Assembly: GCA_964016885.1 (NCBI GenBank)
Contig: OZ024748.1
Span: forward strand, 9,548,001 to 9,612,000
From: Eledone cirrhosa
Lineage: Eukaryota
Reading direction: 5' to 3'
Length of the DNA: 64,000 nucleotides
The notes below the pieces were generated by a model that saw only the letters and a program-made list of their open reading frames with translations, ran no database searches and was not told the origin of the DNA. This document shows positions 27,819 through 42,722 of the stretch, in pieces. The position numbers and the translations under genes are program-made. How positions within the stretch are numbered: position 1 is the first letter of the stretch; every line of letters begins with the position of its first letter.

Positions 27819-28497
27819 TACATAGCTGTATGTATAGCCCGATATGTAAATGTTTAGATGTGTAGACACACATTTATACATTTACGCAGCTAATTAGTTT
27901 CATTGTTACTTTTCATATTAATTAATCTGTTTGTTTAATTGTTACTTTATATAATGGAGGTTTGAGCTGAACGACCTTTCATTCTCACACACATACATCG
28001 ACACACACATAACACACATACACCTACATACACTGACACCCACACACACATATACACTCCATATATATATATATATATATACACATATATGTGTATATAT
28101 TTATTTATCATAATCGTACACATGTACATGCATACATAATGCATGTGTGTATGTGTCTGTCTGTGTGTGTGTGTTTGTGTATGTCTGTATAGTTGTTTGC
28201 ACAAGTACAGGTGCATTCTTTAAATAAACAGATTGTATGAAACTTACGTTGGGTTAATTAAATGTGTGACCTTTACTTTACAACCAAATAGAGTTTAGAT
28301 ATACTTTGTGTTAAATATTCACCAGTACCTATTTCTAGTTTAGACTAGATACACCGAGCCACCCGATTTCAATTAACTTCCACCCTTATCTTAGAAAATG
28401 TCAAAACATTATATATATATATATATATATAGCCAGAAGCAGTCCTATATGAGTAAGACACGGGCTTTTGACCCAAGTTGCTTCTAATAATGGGACA

Positions 28498-28580
<83 letters not shown>

Positions 28581-28950
28581 GGCGCATGGCTTAGGTGAAG
28601 GCGCATGGCTTAGTGGTTAGAGCACTAGGCTTGCAATCGAAAGGTTGTGAGTTCAATTCTCGGACCGGGTGATGTGTTGTTTCCTTGAGCAAGACACTTT
28701 ATTTCACGTTGCTCCAGTTTACTCAGCTGAAAATGAGTACCAACAATAGCTGCGATGGACTGGCGTCCTGTCCAGGGGGGGGGGGGGGGGGGTCTTGTAC
28801 TCTCAGTCGCTTCACGCCATGAAACCGGGATAAGCACCGGCCAAATGAGCCTTCTGCCCGCCCAGCCAGTGAGATGGCGTCATCGTATGGCTAAAACATC
28901 ACGTGCTGTAAACAGCGGCGCCGAATGGCGCCCGACAGACTGGTAGGTCA
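28581..28950 (+). mobile_element. tRNA-derived CORE-like SINE, near full length
   Basis: A/B boxes, ccttgagcaagacacttta, gatggactggcgtcctgtccaggg; duplicated 5' end. Confidence 0.8.
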
Positions 28951-28952
28951 AA

Positions 28953-29008
<56 letters not shown>

Positions 29009-29684
29009 GGAATACACTGTTTACTTTGGATGCTGCTTTAACTAAGTGGTTAAGAATTCCTCTTCACAACAAAGAAATCTCAGTCTTGATTCCAGAATGT
29101 GACATCTTTCGAAAATGTCTTTGTTCGTCTCTTTAGATCGAAGCTTGCTCTATGTCGCTGGAAACTGCATGAAAGACCATCGAGTGGATTGTACTCGCAA
29201 TTCAAAGGTCCAGCCGCGACACATATTTCACAATAAGTTATAAACAACATGAATCGTCATCTCCTCTCTCCTTGAATTATGTTCTCCCTGTATTGTTCTT
29301 TCCCTTCTCAGTAACCCCTAACATGATAATCGCTTTATTGCCTTACTTAGGGTGAATAAATTAATTTTAAAAAGTAAACTTTAAAATCGCATTTAGTCTA
29401 TTTATTTCATAGTAGCAAAAATAATAAAAATAATAAAATTCCAATCTCTTATACGTATTTCGATTTTAGCTCGATCTATTCAGTGTTGTTCCAAATTTTA
29501 GATTCAGTTGTCTTTATAGAGTTATACACAGGATTATGGTTTCAACCACCAAAGGAACAAAAAAGAAATGGAGGATAAAAATTTGAATGTGAGATAAAAT
29601 TTTTGAGAAGAAAATCCTTCCTTTGATAAATAATTATCACATTTAATATTTTAACTGTTACTCTTATATATCTAAACCTTGCAA

Positions 29685-29912
29685 TATGTTATATCTTACA
29701 GCCCCACCTCAAGGCAGTAGAACTACATATGATATCGCTGTAATATGTTATATCTTACAACCCCTCAAGGCAGTAGAACTACATGTGATATCACTGTAAT
29801 ATGTTATATCTTACAACCCCTCAAGGCAGTAGAACTACATGTGATATCACTGTAATATGTTATATCTTACAACCCCTCAAGGAAGTGGAACTTCACAATA
29901 TGTGATATCACT
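29685..29912. repeat. 57-bp tandem repeat x4
   Basis: aatatgttatatcttacaacccctcaaggcagtagaactacatgtgatatcactgt. Confidence 0.9.
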
Positions 29913-30208
29913 GACTGATATTCATTAGACAGAGTTCCACATATTTCTGTAAAAACTAAACAGTTGGTTTATGGCGGAATATCTCTGATAGACAATTGCT
30001 TTCTGTTCGCATTGGCAACATTCTCCAGATAGGTAAATAAATATTATTTCTTACCTTAATAACAGGAAAGAAAATATTTAAATATTTCGCAAGCAAAAGC
30101 AACTACTGTGATTGTTAACTTTATTAGTGAATGGAAATTGTCGTGTATAAAGAGGGTGGGGGCTGAGTACAAACGTGATAGTAATGAATACACCCTCTAT
30201 ATATACTC

Positions 30209-30323
<115 letters not shown>

Positions 30324-33300
30324 TGTGTGTGTGTATCTGTGTGTGTGTGTGTGTATATATATATATAAATATATATATACATACACAATAGAGTGGTTAT
30401 TGTGTATTCCGCCAGACTTGCAATCATATTACTTGCTGTGTTCAATATTCAATAAATTATAAGCCACAATAAAGAACTGTTTTTTATGTTTAACCTTAGG
30501 TCAACCGTGATGAGTTATTTCTCCTTATGACGTTACTGCATCTGTGTGACGTCATTTTATCATTGTGACGTAACTATTGTTTGCGGTGTAACCGTTGTTT
30601 GTGACGTAACTATTGTTTGTGACGTAACTATATCGTTTGAATGTCGCACACGTTAACTTTATTAAAAGTGACACTACTTTCAAATATTGTTATATTTGGG
30701 GAGGGTCATGTTGTCCTAATATTGCCAAAAAATAGTTAAAACACACTCACTTTGGTTTGGTTTTCGCTTCAGTTTCATATCAAAAATCTTGCAAAACAAA
30801 TACTTTTAAATAATTTCGTCAGAAACGAAAGCAATTAGAAAAATTAATCCAGATTAACATTTCAAGATCTCATTAAGGAGTAAATAAAGAAAAAAAACTA
30901 ATTATTTGTGTATCTCTTTGATTTCTACCATTGATTTAATATCGTGTTACTAGTTAAATAGATTAAAGAATGTAGAATTTACTGCAGCTTTAAAACTATG
31001 GTTACGGTCGAATGACTATCGATTTCATTTAGATTACAGAAGAAGAAGTTTACCAAATGTTCTCAATGTATTCAATATCAAATTTAGGTTCTTGATTAAT
31101 TCTGACATTATATGATTCATTGTTTGTTTATGTTTGTGATTGCCTGCCTAAGATAATATATATACATGGCTCCTGTGTATATAAATTTATTCATGTGATA
31201 ATGTATGTATATTAAATGATGAACAACCTCTTATAAATTGTTTGTTTTTGTTCTAATGTAGAGAGGGGGGTTCTACCAAGTGCTTCCATCTCACTATAAA
31301 TTCAGTTATGTTTGGGGTTTTTTATATTCCAAGAGAGCGGGCCATTTGCCAAACCTAACGGCAATATTCGGAGTAGATGGCGCCAACAGAAAAATCCTAT
31401 TAAAAATGTATTTATACTATCACCAATGTTTGTTTACACAATAGAAACTATTTCAATATTGTTGCCATTTCTAGGTGATGGTGAAATATTCAAGACTATA
31501 AAACACTAAAGTAGACACTGTACTACAACTACATATCACACCGTTCTCAGGTCTCGTGTTGGTGGAGTTACTCTTCTGCGACTGGAACAATATACCAGTA
31601 ATATGTTAGTGTCGATTCGTTCCACTTTATTCGTCGTCTCGAGAACTAAGCTTTATTATCCTTGTTTATAGTCTTTATTTTACTCACTGTCAGATGCTGC
31701 AAAGATAAATAACTGGTGAATTAAGGTGGATAATCTTTGAGACAAATAGGAATATCGCATTATTTCATCCTTACGAGGTCGATAAAATAAAGTACCAGTC
31801 ACGCACTGCGGTTTATCTAATCGAATTCCCACCACCACCACCCCCAAATTGTTGGCCTTGTGCCATATTCCCTGCAAACTTTTGACTTTGTTTTTCGACA
31901 AGAAATTGATATCATCGCCATTTAACAATCCTGTCCACCTCATAACTACCCAGATCATCATTTATAGTCTGTAGTCCACCTCATAACTACTCAGATCATC
32001 ATTTATAGTCTGAAGGAAAGAAGTTGAATGTTTTCCCTCTCATTCATTCTCAGATTTGAAAATGACCTTCAAAAGTGATGGACTTTATAATGAGATATTG
32101 AGTAATGTCATTTTATAATGAATAAATGTCCACTTAGTGTCCCGGAAATGTTCCATGAAAAACTGAAATATATTCCCACACTGTGGGACTTTTCTAGATG
32201 GCTGTAAATAACTGGCAACTGTAATGTTTTATCTTTATAAATAACATTCAGTGATAAAACTAATTTTATCGTACTACATCGATCTTCCTTCCATAAGAAT
32301 TGTTTATCCTATTCATCGTTAGATTTCCCTTCCACCAGGAAAAGGTTTGTTACATTTCTGGCAAATATTTCAAACGATCCTGACAAGCGATGGATGAGTC
32401 AGCAGCCGGTGTTTTTGTTATATATCAATAATCAGAGGACAAACAACCAATGGAGTTTACTGATCCCATTTTCTTACAAATAGCAGTGAGAAGCTTCTAG
32501 CAACTCGACATTATCGTATCAGAACGATACAAGTTGATTGAAGCTAGAATATCATCTTTTATTAGAAATACATCATTTACAATTCTAATGGAACATATAA
32601 TGAAAATTCTTATTCCATTGGATAAAATCAATAACTGAAGATCTTTGGGGATTTATTTCTTAGTAAGTAGTACAGTGGAAGCTGAACGCAAATTACCATT
32701 GATCCAAAAGTCAGTGTCCCTTAATTAACCTACAGATTTAACTTTAAAGAGATAAAATTGTTTTCTTGGTTCGAACTAACATCAAATGATGTTTTTTTTT
32801 TGTTGTTCTTTTTTGCCAGATGAATTATACAACAAATTTCTTTAAATTTAAAATAATCTAATTTATCTTAAAATAAAAATTAAATTAAAGTACTACATTA
32901 ATTTTAATGTCTAATCAAAACTCTGTTCGTTGTTTAAACACTGAAGGAAAGATGGTTCTTGGCACCATCCTCTTCTTTTTAAATCTTTAAACCAAGATAC
33001 TAGTTAGCCTTTCAGTTATCACGAGAACAAACTCCTTTATTAGGTCTTATCATTTCTTAATTAAAACGCTTCCTATGAAACTGTCAGCAGTCTTTTCTTT
33101 TGGGGATCTTCTCTTTAGCACCGAGAATTTCTTGTCATATTTTAACCTTTATTTCCTACTCGGAATATTCTATTATAAACTGCCTCTTCCCTAAAATCAA
33201 CAGAACAAAACTCCTAACACTACCTCAAAGGAGATTTTTAATCGCGCTTGTTTTATTAATATTCATATATTTCACCGTCCATACAAATAAAGGAGCTACA

Positions 33301-33625
33301 TTGTGGCTATCAAGGGACAGAGTACACATAGCAGCTCTTTTCATTGGTTAATTAAAAGACTTGGTATGAAACAATGTAATCAAAATTCAACATTTCATGA
33401 CAAAAGATCTTACATTTGTCTCTAAAGTAACAAAGACTTTAAGGCAAATATATTTATACGCACAGTCGAGCGTGTATAATGAGATGGCAACACGTGAACA
33501 TTAACAAAAACTTAGGGAGCGATATTCACTTTGGGATTTCCATGTTTCGTGTGTTATATACACAATCATCAGTGAAGGAAGGGAGGTTATATATATATAT
33601 TATATATTATATATATTATATATTA

Positions 33626-33666
<41 letters not shown>

Positions 33667-33868
33667 TATATATTATATATATATATATACATACACACTT
33701 TTGAAATAAAACCAAACACTGCGAATTATATTCATAATCGTTCATATTAGGATTTCATACATTTTTATAAAATTGTAGCCTTATGTAGAGTTTATTGCAA
33801 TAAATCTCGTATTTATGAGCTGTTATAACTTCACCTACAATTATCTGTTTTTGTATTTCAAAACGAAT

Positions 33869-33936
<68 letters not shown>

Positions 33937-34866
33937 CATGTTAGTGTAGAGCTAATGTGATTTTCATAAAAGAAACTAGCTGTAAAGGAGCCATTGTAAG
34001 GACCAAACATAAGTGTAATATATGTTTATAGAAACCTAGAATCATTGCACCCTGTAGAAATCTGGTTGGATAATGGAACGTTTTGTAAAAGGCTAACATA
34101 ACAATAAAAGACTTTGATAGTAATTCTAATGTTTACTTCTATAAACGACTTTGTGATTTTCTCTATTCTTGTATATTTATAGTTATAAAGGATAATCTTT
34201 TAACCTTTTACTGTTTATTATTGGTTCTTTTCATTCACTAGACTTTACTACTCCAACCTAATGATATCTAAAGCAGATTATTATAATGCCGTGATTCCAG
34301 CAGGATTATTATGTCCGAACAATCACTCTAGTTACTACAAGTTGCTGCTGTTGTTGTTGTTCTGAATACTGGCTTCTGCTTCTTTATTTCCCACTTTTTG
34401 TCTTTCTTTCTTTCTGTCTATCTATATATCTATCTATCTTTCCCTCCTCTCAGCTTACCCCCTCTCACCTTTCACTCTCTCCTAACATTTTCTATTTATT
34501 TCTCACCTTCATTTTAAAAGAAAACTTCTTGATATTGTTGCCATGTAAAAAACTATACTTTTCTGTTCCTCTTAATTCGTTTTCACAACCATGTTATTAG
34601 TTCCTGCCCTAACCACACACTGAAAATATTTCTATAATAAAACCTTAGGACTTTCATTATATCAGATGAAACGACAGTGGGGGGGGGGGGTAGTTCCCAC
34701 TCCCAGAATCTGTTTATGGAACATTAGTGATGTACAAAGTGTGTAATATCCAAAAGATGTGATGGTTCAGAATTAAACCTGTATAAGTCGTAATCCTTTA
34801 TGAAAGGGAGTCAGTGAAGGGGGTTTGGGCTGAGAGAGAAACCTGAGATATGTTGGTGGCTGGCCA

Positions 34867-34937
<71 letters not shown>

Positions 34938-35392
34938 ATAAATATGCATACATGCATACATAAATACATCCAACGATCCATATATATGAGAGAGAGAAGA
35001 GAGAGAGTACGTGTGTGTGAGAGAGAGAGAGAGTATGTGTGTGTGTGAGAGAGAGAGTACGTGTGTGTGTGAGAGAGAGAGTACGTGTGTGTGTGAGAGA
35101 GAGAGTATGTGTGTGAGAGAGAGAGAGAGAGTATGTGTGAGAGAGAGTATGTGTGTGTGAGAGAGAGTATGTGTGTGTCTGAGAGAGAGAGAGAGAGAGT
35201 ATGTGTATGTGAGAGAGAGTACGTGTGTGTGTGTGTGTGTGTGAGGGAGAGAGAGACTACGTGTGTGTGTGTGAGAGAGAGTACGTGTGTGTGTGAGAGA
35301 CAGAGAGAGAGAGAGAGAAAATGTGTGTGAGAGAGAGAGAGGATATGTATGTATGTGTGTGTGTGTGTGAGAGAGAGAGAGAAGAGAGGGTA

Positions 35393-35428
<36 letters not shown>

Positions 35429-35974
35429 GGGCATATGTGTGTATATGTGTGTGTGTGTGTGAGAGAGAGAGAGAAGAGGGGGTATGTGTGTGTGAGAGAG
35501 AGAGAAAGGGGGGAGGCTATCTTTGGCAAACTAGGTTCTTTAAAGATTAAATGTTAACTTTTCATGTTTTATAAATGAATAAATTAGTTTAACAATTTTC
35601 TTTATTTACTTTCTGGTGCCGTGTCATGGGAGAACTGTAAATTTACCATTTCTCACATTCTAGCAAAAATTGTCCTCCGTAAAGAATATAAAATATAATA
35701 AATAACTAAACAAGAACTAATTCCATTAGAAATAATTCAATAATCCAGAAATGCAATGATATGAGCAGAAAATACAATATAAAGCTACTAATAAATGGTG
35801 GTGGCTTTATATTGTAAGATTTCTTCTGGAAATAGGATTACAGTCGAAGGATGGAAACAAAATAAGATTTCTGAAGCTGTCTTGATGGAACATTAGAAAG
35901 GGGGAGAAAAAGAAGATATTTTTATCAGAAAACAATTTTATTTTTGGTATAACTAAATATATACATATACACAT

Positions 35975-35982
35975 ATATAGAC

Positions 35983-36038
<56 letters not shown>

Positions 36039-36039
36039 G

Positions 36040-36073
<34 letters not shown>

Positions 36074-36122
36074 CATACATACATACATATATATACATAC
36101 ATACATACATATATATACATAC

Positions 36123-36156
<34 letters not shown>

Positions 36157-36296
36157 ATACATACATATACATACATATACATATATACATACATATACAT
36201 ATATACATACATATACATACATATACATACATATATATACATATATATACAAACATATATATACATACATATATATATATACAAACATACATACAT

Positions 36297-36329
<33 letters not shown>

Positions 36330-37150
36330 TACATACATATATAAATATAATATAAAAACATAATAAAGTAATAATAATTATTATTATTTGTCTTTTTTTT
36401 ATTTGCCACAGCAAATACAACAACAACTACAACTACTACTACTACAATAACAACACCAACAACAACAACTACAACAACAACACCAACAAAAACAACTACA
36501 ATAATAACAACTACAACACAAATATACAACAACAACAGTAGCAACAACAACAGTAACAACAACAGCAGTAACAACAACAACAGCAGTAACAACAACAACA
36601 GCAGTAACAACAACAACAGCAGCAACAACAGTAACAACAACAACAGCAACAACAACAACAGCAACAACAACAGTAACAACAACAACAACAGTAACAACAA
36701 CAACAACAGTAACAACAACAACAGCAGTAACAACAACAACAGTAACAACAACAGTAACAACAACAACAACAGTAACAACAACAACAGCAACAACAACAGT
36801 AACAACAACAACAGCAACAACAACAACAGCAACAACAACATCAGTAACAACAACAACAACAGTAACAACAACAACAACAGCAGTAACAACAACAACAGTA
36901 ACAACAACAGTAACAACAACAACAGCAGTAACAACAACAGCAACAACAACAACAGCAACAACAACAACAACAGTAACAACAACAACAGTAACAACAACAA
37001 CAGTAACAACAACAGCAGCAGTAACAACAACAGCAACAACAACAACAGCAACAACAACAACAGTAACAACAACAACACCATTAACAACAACACCAGTAAC
37101 AACAACAGCAGTAACAACAACAACAACAGTAACAACAACAACAACAGTAA
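35975..37150. repeat. (TACA)n field followed by (AAC/AGT/AGC)n array
   Basis: Directly visible; explains the 460-aa poly-Leu pseudo-ORF. Confidence 0.95.
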
Positions 37151-37950
37151 TAATAATGACGATGTTGATGATGAAAAAAATAATGGCAATATTTCATAAT
37201 TATTTTCGTGAAGAATTAGAGAAATACACTTGAAAAATGTTCCGAGTAAATGGAGAGAGAAATAAACAGATTGAAGAATGAAAGGATGTAAATGTCACTG
37301 TTTATATATTTGTGTGTATGTGGTGTGTGTATATGTGGTGTGCTGTGTGTGTATGTGGTGTGTGTATGTGTGGTGTGGTGTGTGTGTATGTGGTGTGTGT
37401 ATATGTGGTGTGATGTGTGTGTATGTGGTGTGGTGTGTGTGTATGGTGTGTGTATATGTGGTGTGCTGTGTGTGTGTGTATGTGGTGTGTGTATGTGTGG
37501 TGTGGTGTGTGTGTATGTGGTGTGTGTATATGTGGTGTGATGTGTGTATATGTGGTGTGATGTGTGTGTATGTGGTGTGTGTATATGTGGTGTGGTGTGT
37601 GTATATGTGGTGTGTGTATATGTGCTGTGGTGTGTGTGTCGTGTGTGTGTATGTTATGGGGGGGTATGGTGTGTGTATGTGGTGTGTGTGGGGTGTGTAT
37701 GGTGTGTGCATATGTGGTGTGTATGGTGTGCATGTATGTATGTGTTGTGTATGTAGGTATGTGTGCATACATACATACAGGTTGGTCGGGTGACTGTGTC
37801 ACGCTCATATAGGACTGTCTGGCAGGTTTTCTACGGCTGGATGCCCTTCCTAACACCAACCACATTTACAGTGTGGACTGGGAACTTTTTACCGTGTTAC
37901 CTACACGATCTCGATCTCATTTATCTCTCTCTCTCTCTCTCTCTCTCTCG

Positions 37951-38013
<63 letters not shown>

Positions 38014-38064
38014 TATGAATAAGGAGCCAGAGCGAGATATCAATATAACATCATTATGTTTATT

Positions 38065-38154
38065 GAGATGATTCGCATTTCGCGATCGATCAGCTCAAGG
38101 TATGATCGGTATTGATCGTTGCCTACTCTCTAATCGATAACTCATCAGACATGT
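38065..38154 (-). ncRNA. Degenerate long-stem-II hammerhead related to the 12870 copy
   Basis: Minus strand: catgt-CTGATGA-gttatcgatt...gatcgatcgc-GAAA-tgcgaa-TC. The opposite arm retains GAAAcacatgTC/aca. Confidence 0.55.
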
Positions 38155-38329
38155 GGATTCTGTTTGATTAGCTATTGATCCCAAAGTCGGTCGCGATCGA
38201 TACTGATCATACCTTGAGCTGATTGATCGTGAAACACATGTCACACATGAATAAACACAATTATGTTATATTGACACTTCATACCTGCTCCTTATCATTA
38301 TCATTATTATTATTATAATTATTATTATA

Positions 38330-38521
38330 GGGCGGTGGATTGGCAGTATCGGTAGAGAGTCGGACGTCATGCTTTGTAGCATTGAGTTACGCCCATTTAT
38401 GATCTGAGTTCAAATCCCGCCGAGGTTAACTTTGCCTTTCATCCTTACGGGGTCGATAAAATAAAGTACCAGTAATGCACTGGGTAATTGCTGGCCTTGT
38501 GCCTAAAGTAGAAACAATTAT
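38330..38521 (+). mobile_element. tRNA-derived SINE, second family, full length
   Basis: A box tggcagtatcgg, B box gttcaaatcc, central gcctttcatccttacggggtcgataa, tail agtagaaacaattat. Confidence 0.85.
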
Positions 38522-39360
38522 ATGCCTTCTTAAAGTCAATCCTGGCTATAGACATGTTTGTGTGATGTTTCTTACAATGCCTCGAAACTGTCTTATCAAT
38601 CACCTTGATACCCTGGGGCTTCTTCCTATATCCTTTTTGTTCCCTTGGTAGTATTCCTTCCTGTGATAGAAAAGCATATGTCTTCCCTGCAAATATCCCA
38701 GTGAGAACCTTCCATATAATGTTTAGACATGTTATAGGCGGATAGTTTACCACAGCATCCCCTTCTATCTTTTATCACAAGTGTTGTTCTCCCTGTGACC
38801 ATCCAGGTGGGGACTTCACCTCTCTGGACATATTCAATTGTGTTGCCAGTATCTCATGATCCCATCTGGTCGGGGGGGGGGGGCTTTCCAGTTTCATATC
38901 TTGGCTACTTGATCCTTCACATCACCTGTATCTATGGCAATATCTCTCTATATATTTCTTCCTCACAATTCTCTCTTGATGGTGTCTATTCACTTGGCAT
39001 CCTTTCTATGCCTCGTACTCTTTCCCATTGTCTCCTTCCAGAACTCCTTGGCCTTACCAATATTAGGGGTAGTATCCTTCCCATTGTTCCATTCCAAAGT
39101 CCAGAAGAATTGTTTTACATTATTTTGGAACAATCTATTCTTCACGAACTGTTTATTTCTATTTATATATCTCCTTAACTTCTGTTTTTTTCAAGAGAAT
39201 TCTGTTTTAGCTCTTCTATTTCTGTATGGAATCCATTCTTCCATATTTTATATGTCTTGTCTAGTTCCTCTCGATCAGTTTTTTTACCATTTTCCCCACT
39301 TTCCCTAAAGCATTGCTCAGTTTTACGTAGATCCTGACAACCACATTTTGGCATTTTCAA
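38522..39360 (-). mobile_element. R4/Dong-like non-LTR retrotransposon RT fragment
   Basis: VNYPPITCLNIIWKVLTGI...GILPREQKGYRK...IDFKKAY; degraded. Confidence 0.8.
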
Positions 39361-39373
39361 TGTTTATTATTTA

Positions 39374-39565
39374 GGGTGGTGGATTGGCAGTATCGGTAGA
39401 GGGTCGGACGCCATGCTATGACGCATAGAATTACGGCCCTTGCCATTCTGAGTTCAAATCCCGCCGAGGTTAACTTTACCTTTCATCCTTACGGGGTCGA
39501 TAAAATAAAATACCAGTAATGCACTGGGTAATTGCTGACCTTGTGCCAAAAGTAGAAACAATTAT
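39374..39565 (+). mobile_element. tRNA-derived SINE, second family
   Basis: Close copy of 38330-38521. Confidence 0.85.
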
Positions 39566-40029
39566 TATCATATATTATAGATTATGATGATGATGATGAT
39601 GATGATGACAACCTTATGATGATAATAATAATAATGTTTCTACTGTTGACGCTGATACACATAGATACACACACACATGTACTCTCACACAGACATATAC
39701 ACACAGACATGTACATATACACAGACATATACACACACACATGTACTCACACACAGATAGACATATACACACAGACATGTACATATACACAGACATATAC
39801 ACACACACATGTACTCACACACAGACATGTACTCACACACAGACATATACACACAGACATGTACTCACCCACAGACTTATACACACACACATGTACTCAC
39901 ACACAGACATATACACACAGACATATACATGAGTAGAAGGGAATGGATTAAAATGTTTGAATGTTGAACATCAAAGATGTATATATACACACACTACATA
40001 GATACATATATACATACACTACCTGTATG

Positions 40030-40060
<31 letters not shown>

Positions 40061-40221
40061 TATATGGGTGTATACATACATAATCTATATGGATGTATAT
40101 ATACACACACTACATAGATACATATATACATACACTACCTGTATGTATATATATATATACACATTATATGGGTGTATACATACATAATCTATATGGATGT
40201 ATATATGCATACACTACAAGA

Positions 40222-40259
<38 letters not shown>

Positions 40260-40377
40260 GCGCTACATAGATTTCTGGGAGTTACTGCTCTCCAAAACAG
40301 GTTGCCTTCACTACAGCTTATGGGACCCATATCTGCCTCATGCAGTCATGTAGTGTGTATGTATATACACATTCATT

Positions 40378-40435
<58 letters not shown>

Positions 40436-41078
40436 GTCATGCTGAAAATATAATGTATAAAGAAGAAATAGAACCTTAAATACTCCACAGAAATGTATTC
40501 TAAAAATATGGAGAGAAATGTTTTTATTGATTCTTTCTTCCTTGTAAAGAATGAGAGAAAAAACTGAAGAATGTCTCCTTAGAATGACTAACAAGATGAT
40601 AAGTTTGCTATAAATTAGAGAACATCAAGAACATTCTAAAGTAATTATTTTGGGTGTTCTGATCTGCTTCAAGTAGCAATTCACTTTACATTTTCAGTTT
40701 TTTGGTTTTTATTATTTATATTCTTATTCTTATTATTTTTAGTTTCTCAGTTGTTTTGAAGGATTATTCATTCTTTTGGGTTTTTGGTTTGTCTTTTTTT
40801 TTTCTTTTTTTAAGGGGTTTCTTGCTAATTTTTTTTGTTGTAATTTTTACATTGAGTCGTTTTACAATAATTTTATAAATTAATATATCAATAACACTGA
40901 TTGTTTCTCTCTCTTCTTCTCTCCCCATCTCTCTCCCTTCCTCTCCCTCTTCTCTCCCCATCTCTCTCTCTCTATTTTTTTCATCATTTGCATATGTACT
41001 TTTACATCTTGCTTTGGTGTTGTAGTTGTAAAAGTTGTTGTAGTTATATTTGTAGTTGTAATTGTAAACATTACTGTT

Positions 41079-41113
<35 letters not shown>

Positions 41114-41569
41114 TGTTGTTGTTGTTGTTGCTGTTGTTGCTGCTGCTGTTGTTGTTGCTGCAACATCACTAAGGAGCCATTTAAACTTTTGATAGAACCT
41201 ATTTCATGTGTGTTCATGTTGTGTACTTCTTTTGTGTATCTACTACAATGGAAAAATCCTTATTAACCTGCCTGGAGTCCCACTTTCAATGTTGGCGTAG
41301 GTTGGATGGGTTGTGACAGCTCAAGTCAGCTCTTACTGCCATCTTAGGGTAACACATATAAGATACAACCTCTGGCCCATCTTAGAGACCAGTGGCTCAG
41401 TTTAAGTTCTGACTGTCTGTGACATGTCAAATCCTTGCTGGTGGGGAAAGTGGACGTTATATAATGATGATAATCCTGTTGATGATGATGAGGAGGAGGA
41501 GGAAGATATAATAAATATATATAAAATGTATAATTTTCTCAAATCTTTCAGATATCAAAATTTCCCAGA

Positions 41570-41627
41570 ATGTTCCATGCCCTTGCCTTGTGGATCTTCT
41601 ACCATACACTTGAAACTGTACATACAA
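41570..41627 (+). CDS. Thyroglobulin type-1 domain protein, first coding exon (signal peptide MFHALALWIFYHTLETVHT)
   Basis: Acceptor ttttctcaaatctttcag ends at 41551, ATG at 41570, donor GTAAGT at 41628 in phase 1, matching the next exon. Short hydrophobic leader ending V-H-T. Confidence 0.7.
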
Positions 41628-41769
41628 GTAAGTAGGCACACACATATATATATATATATGTATATATTTATTCGTACATCATTTTATTACATAATTTCAT
41701 TATATATATTTCAAAAATGTCAGAATAGTTATATAATAACCAACTTTCATCAACTGAATAATATATATA

Positions 41770-42652
41770 CGAGGTGGGTCAGAAAAGTTCCAGGACTGAT
41801 GTCACAAAAGATTTATTTCAAACCCAAACTTAACACTAAGAGTTTTCTCCTTCAAAGTAATCCCCTGGAGTCTAATGCACTTTTACATCCTTTTCTGCCA
41901 CGCTTGCATGCACTCCTGGAAGGATTCTTCCGGGATCCTCCGCAGTTCCGTCGTCACGACCTTTTTGATGTCGTCCACGTCTTCAAAATGGGTCCCCTCT
42001 GGGTCGTACTCGAAGATCCATGACTCATCACCGGTGATGACTGTCCTTAGCAAGTCTGGTTCGGTTTCAAGACGCTCAAGGATGTCCTGGCACACTTGCA
42101 TACGTCGACCCTTCTGGTCATCGTTCAGCAGTTTTGGCACCATCTTCGCGCAGACTTTCCGCATATCCAAATCTTCAGTGAGAATCTTCCAGACGCTGTC
42201 CCGATTCATGCCCAGCTCATTTGCCATCAGTCGAACAGTCAGCCGACGATCGCTACGCACCATCTGCCTGACGCGCTCAACGTTGACCTCAGTCCTGGTT
42301 GTTGAGGGCCTTCCGCTCCTGGGGTCATCTTGCACTACTCAAAAACACGTGAGCGTGACATTGTCTCATCTCCATACACTTGCTGCAGCAATCCCAGTGC
42401 TTCTGATGGAGTTTTCCTCAACCGTACCAGAAACTTCAAGTTTGTTCGTTGCTCTGTGCTCATTGCTTGACGACCTGAAACAGAGGACATGTATATAAAA
42501 TTATGAAGAAAAAGGTTTGATCGCTGCAGAGAGCTAAAATTACAGTTACATACTCTAGGGGGATTGCTTTGAAGGAGAAAATTCTTAGTGTGAAGTTTTG
42601 GTTTAAATAAATCTTTTGTGACATCAGTCCTGGACCTTTTCTGACACACCTC

Positions 42653-42653
<1 letters not shown>
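41770..42653 (-). mobile_element. Internally deleted mariner DNA transposon
   Basis: ~100-bp TIRs starting cgaggtg, TA flanks. Transposase pieces EQRTNLKFLVRL, DDPRSGRP, KVCAKMVPK, ITGDESWIFEYDPE. Confidence 0.92.
41883..42463 (-). pseudogene. Mariner transposase pseudogene
   Basis: Stop/frameshift near 42335. Deletion after YDPE removes most of the DDD catalytic domain. Confidence 0.88.

Positions 42654-42722
<69 letters not shown>

Noticed and set aside
35807-37189. 460-aa poly-Leu ORF
   Set aside because: Reverse of an (AAC)n array.
40995-41200. Minus-strand Thr-rich mucin-like exon
   Set aside because: Mostly (GTT)/(GTA) microsatellite with weak splice sites and no partner exons.
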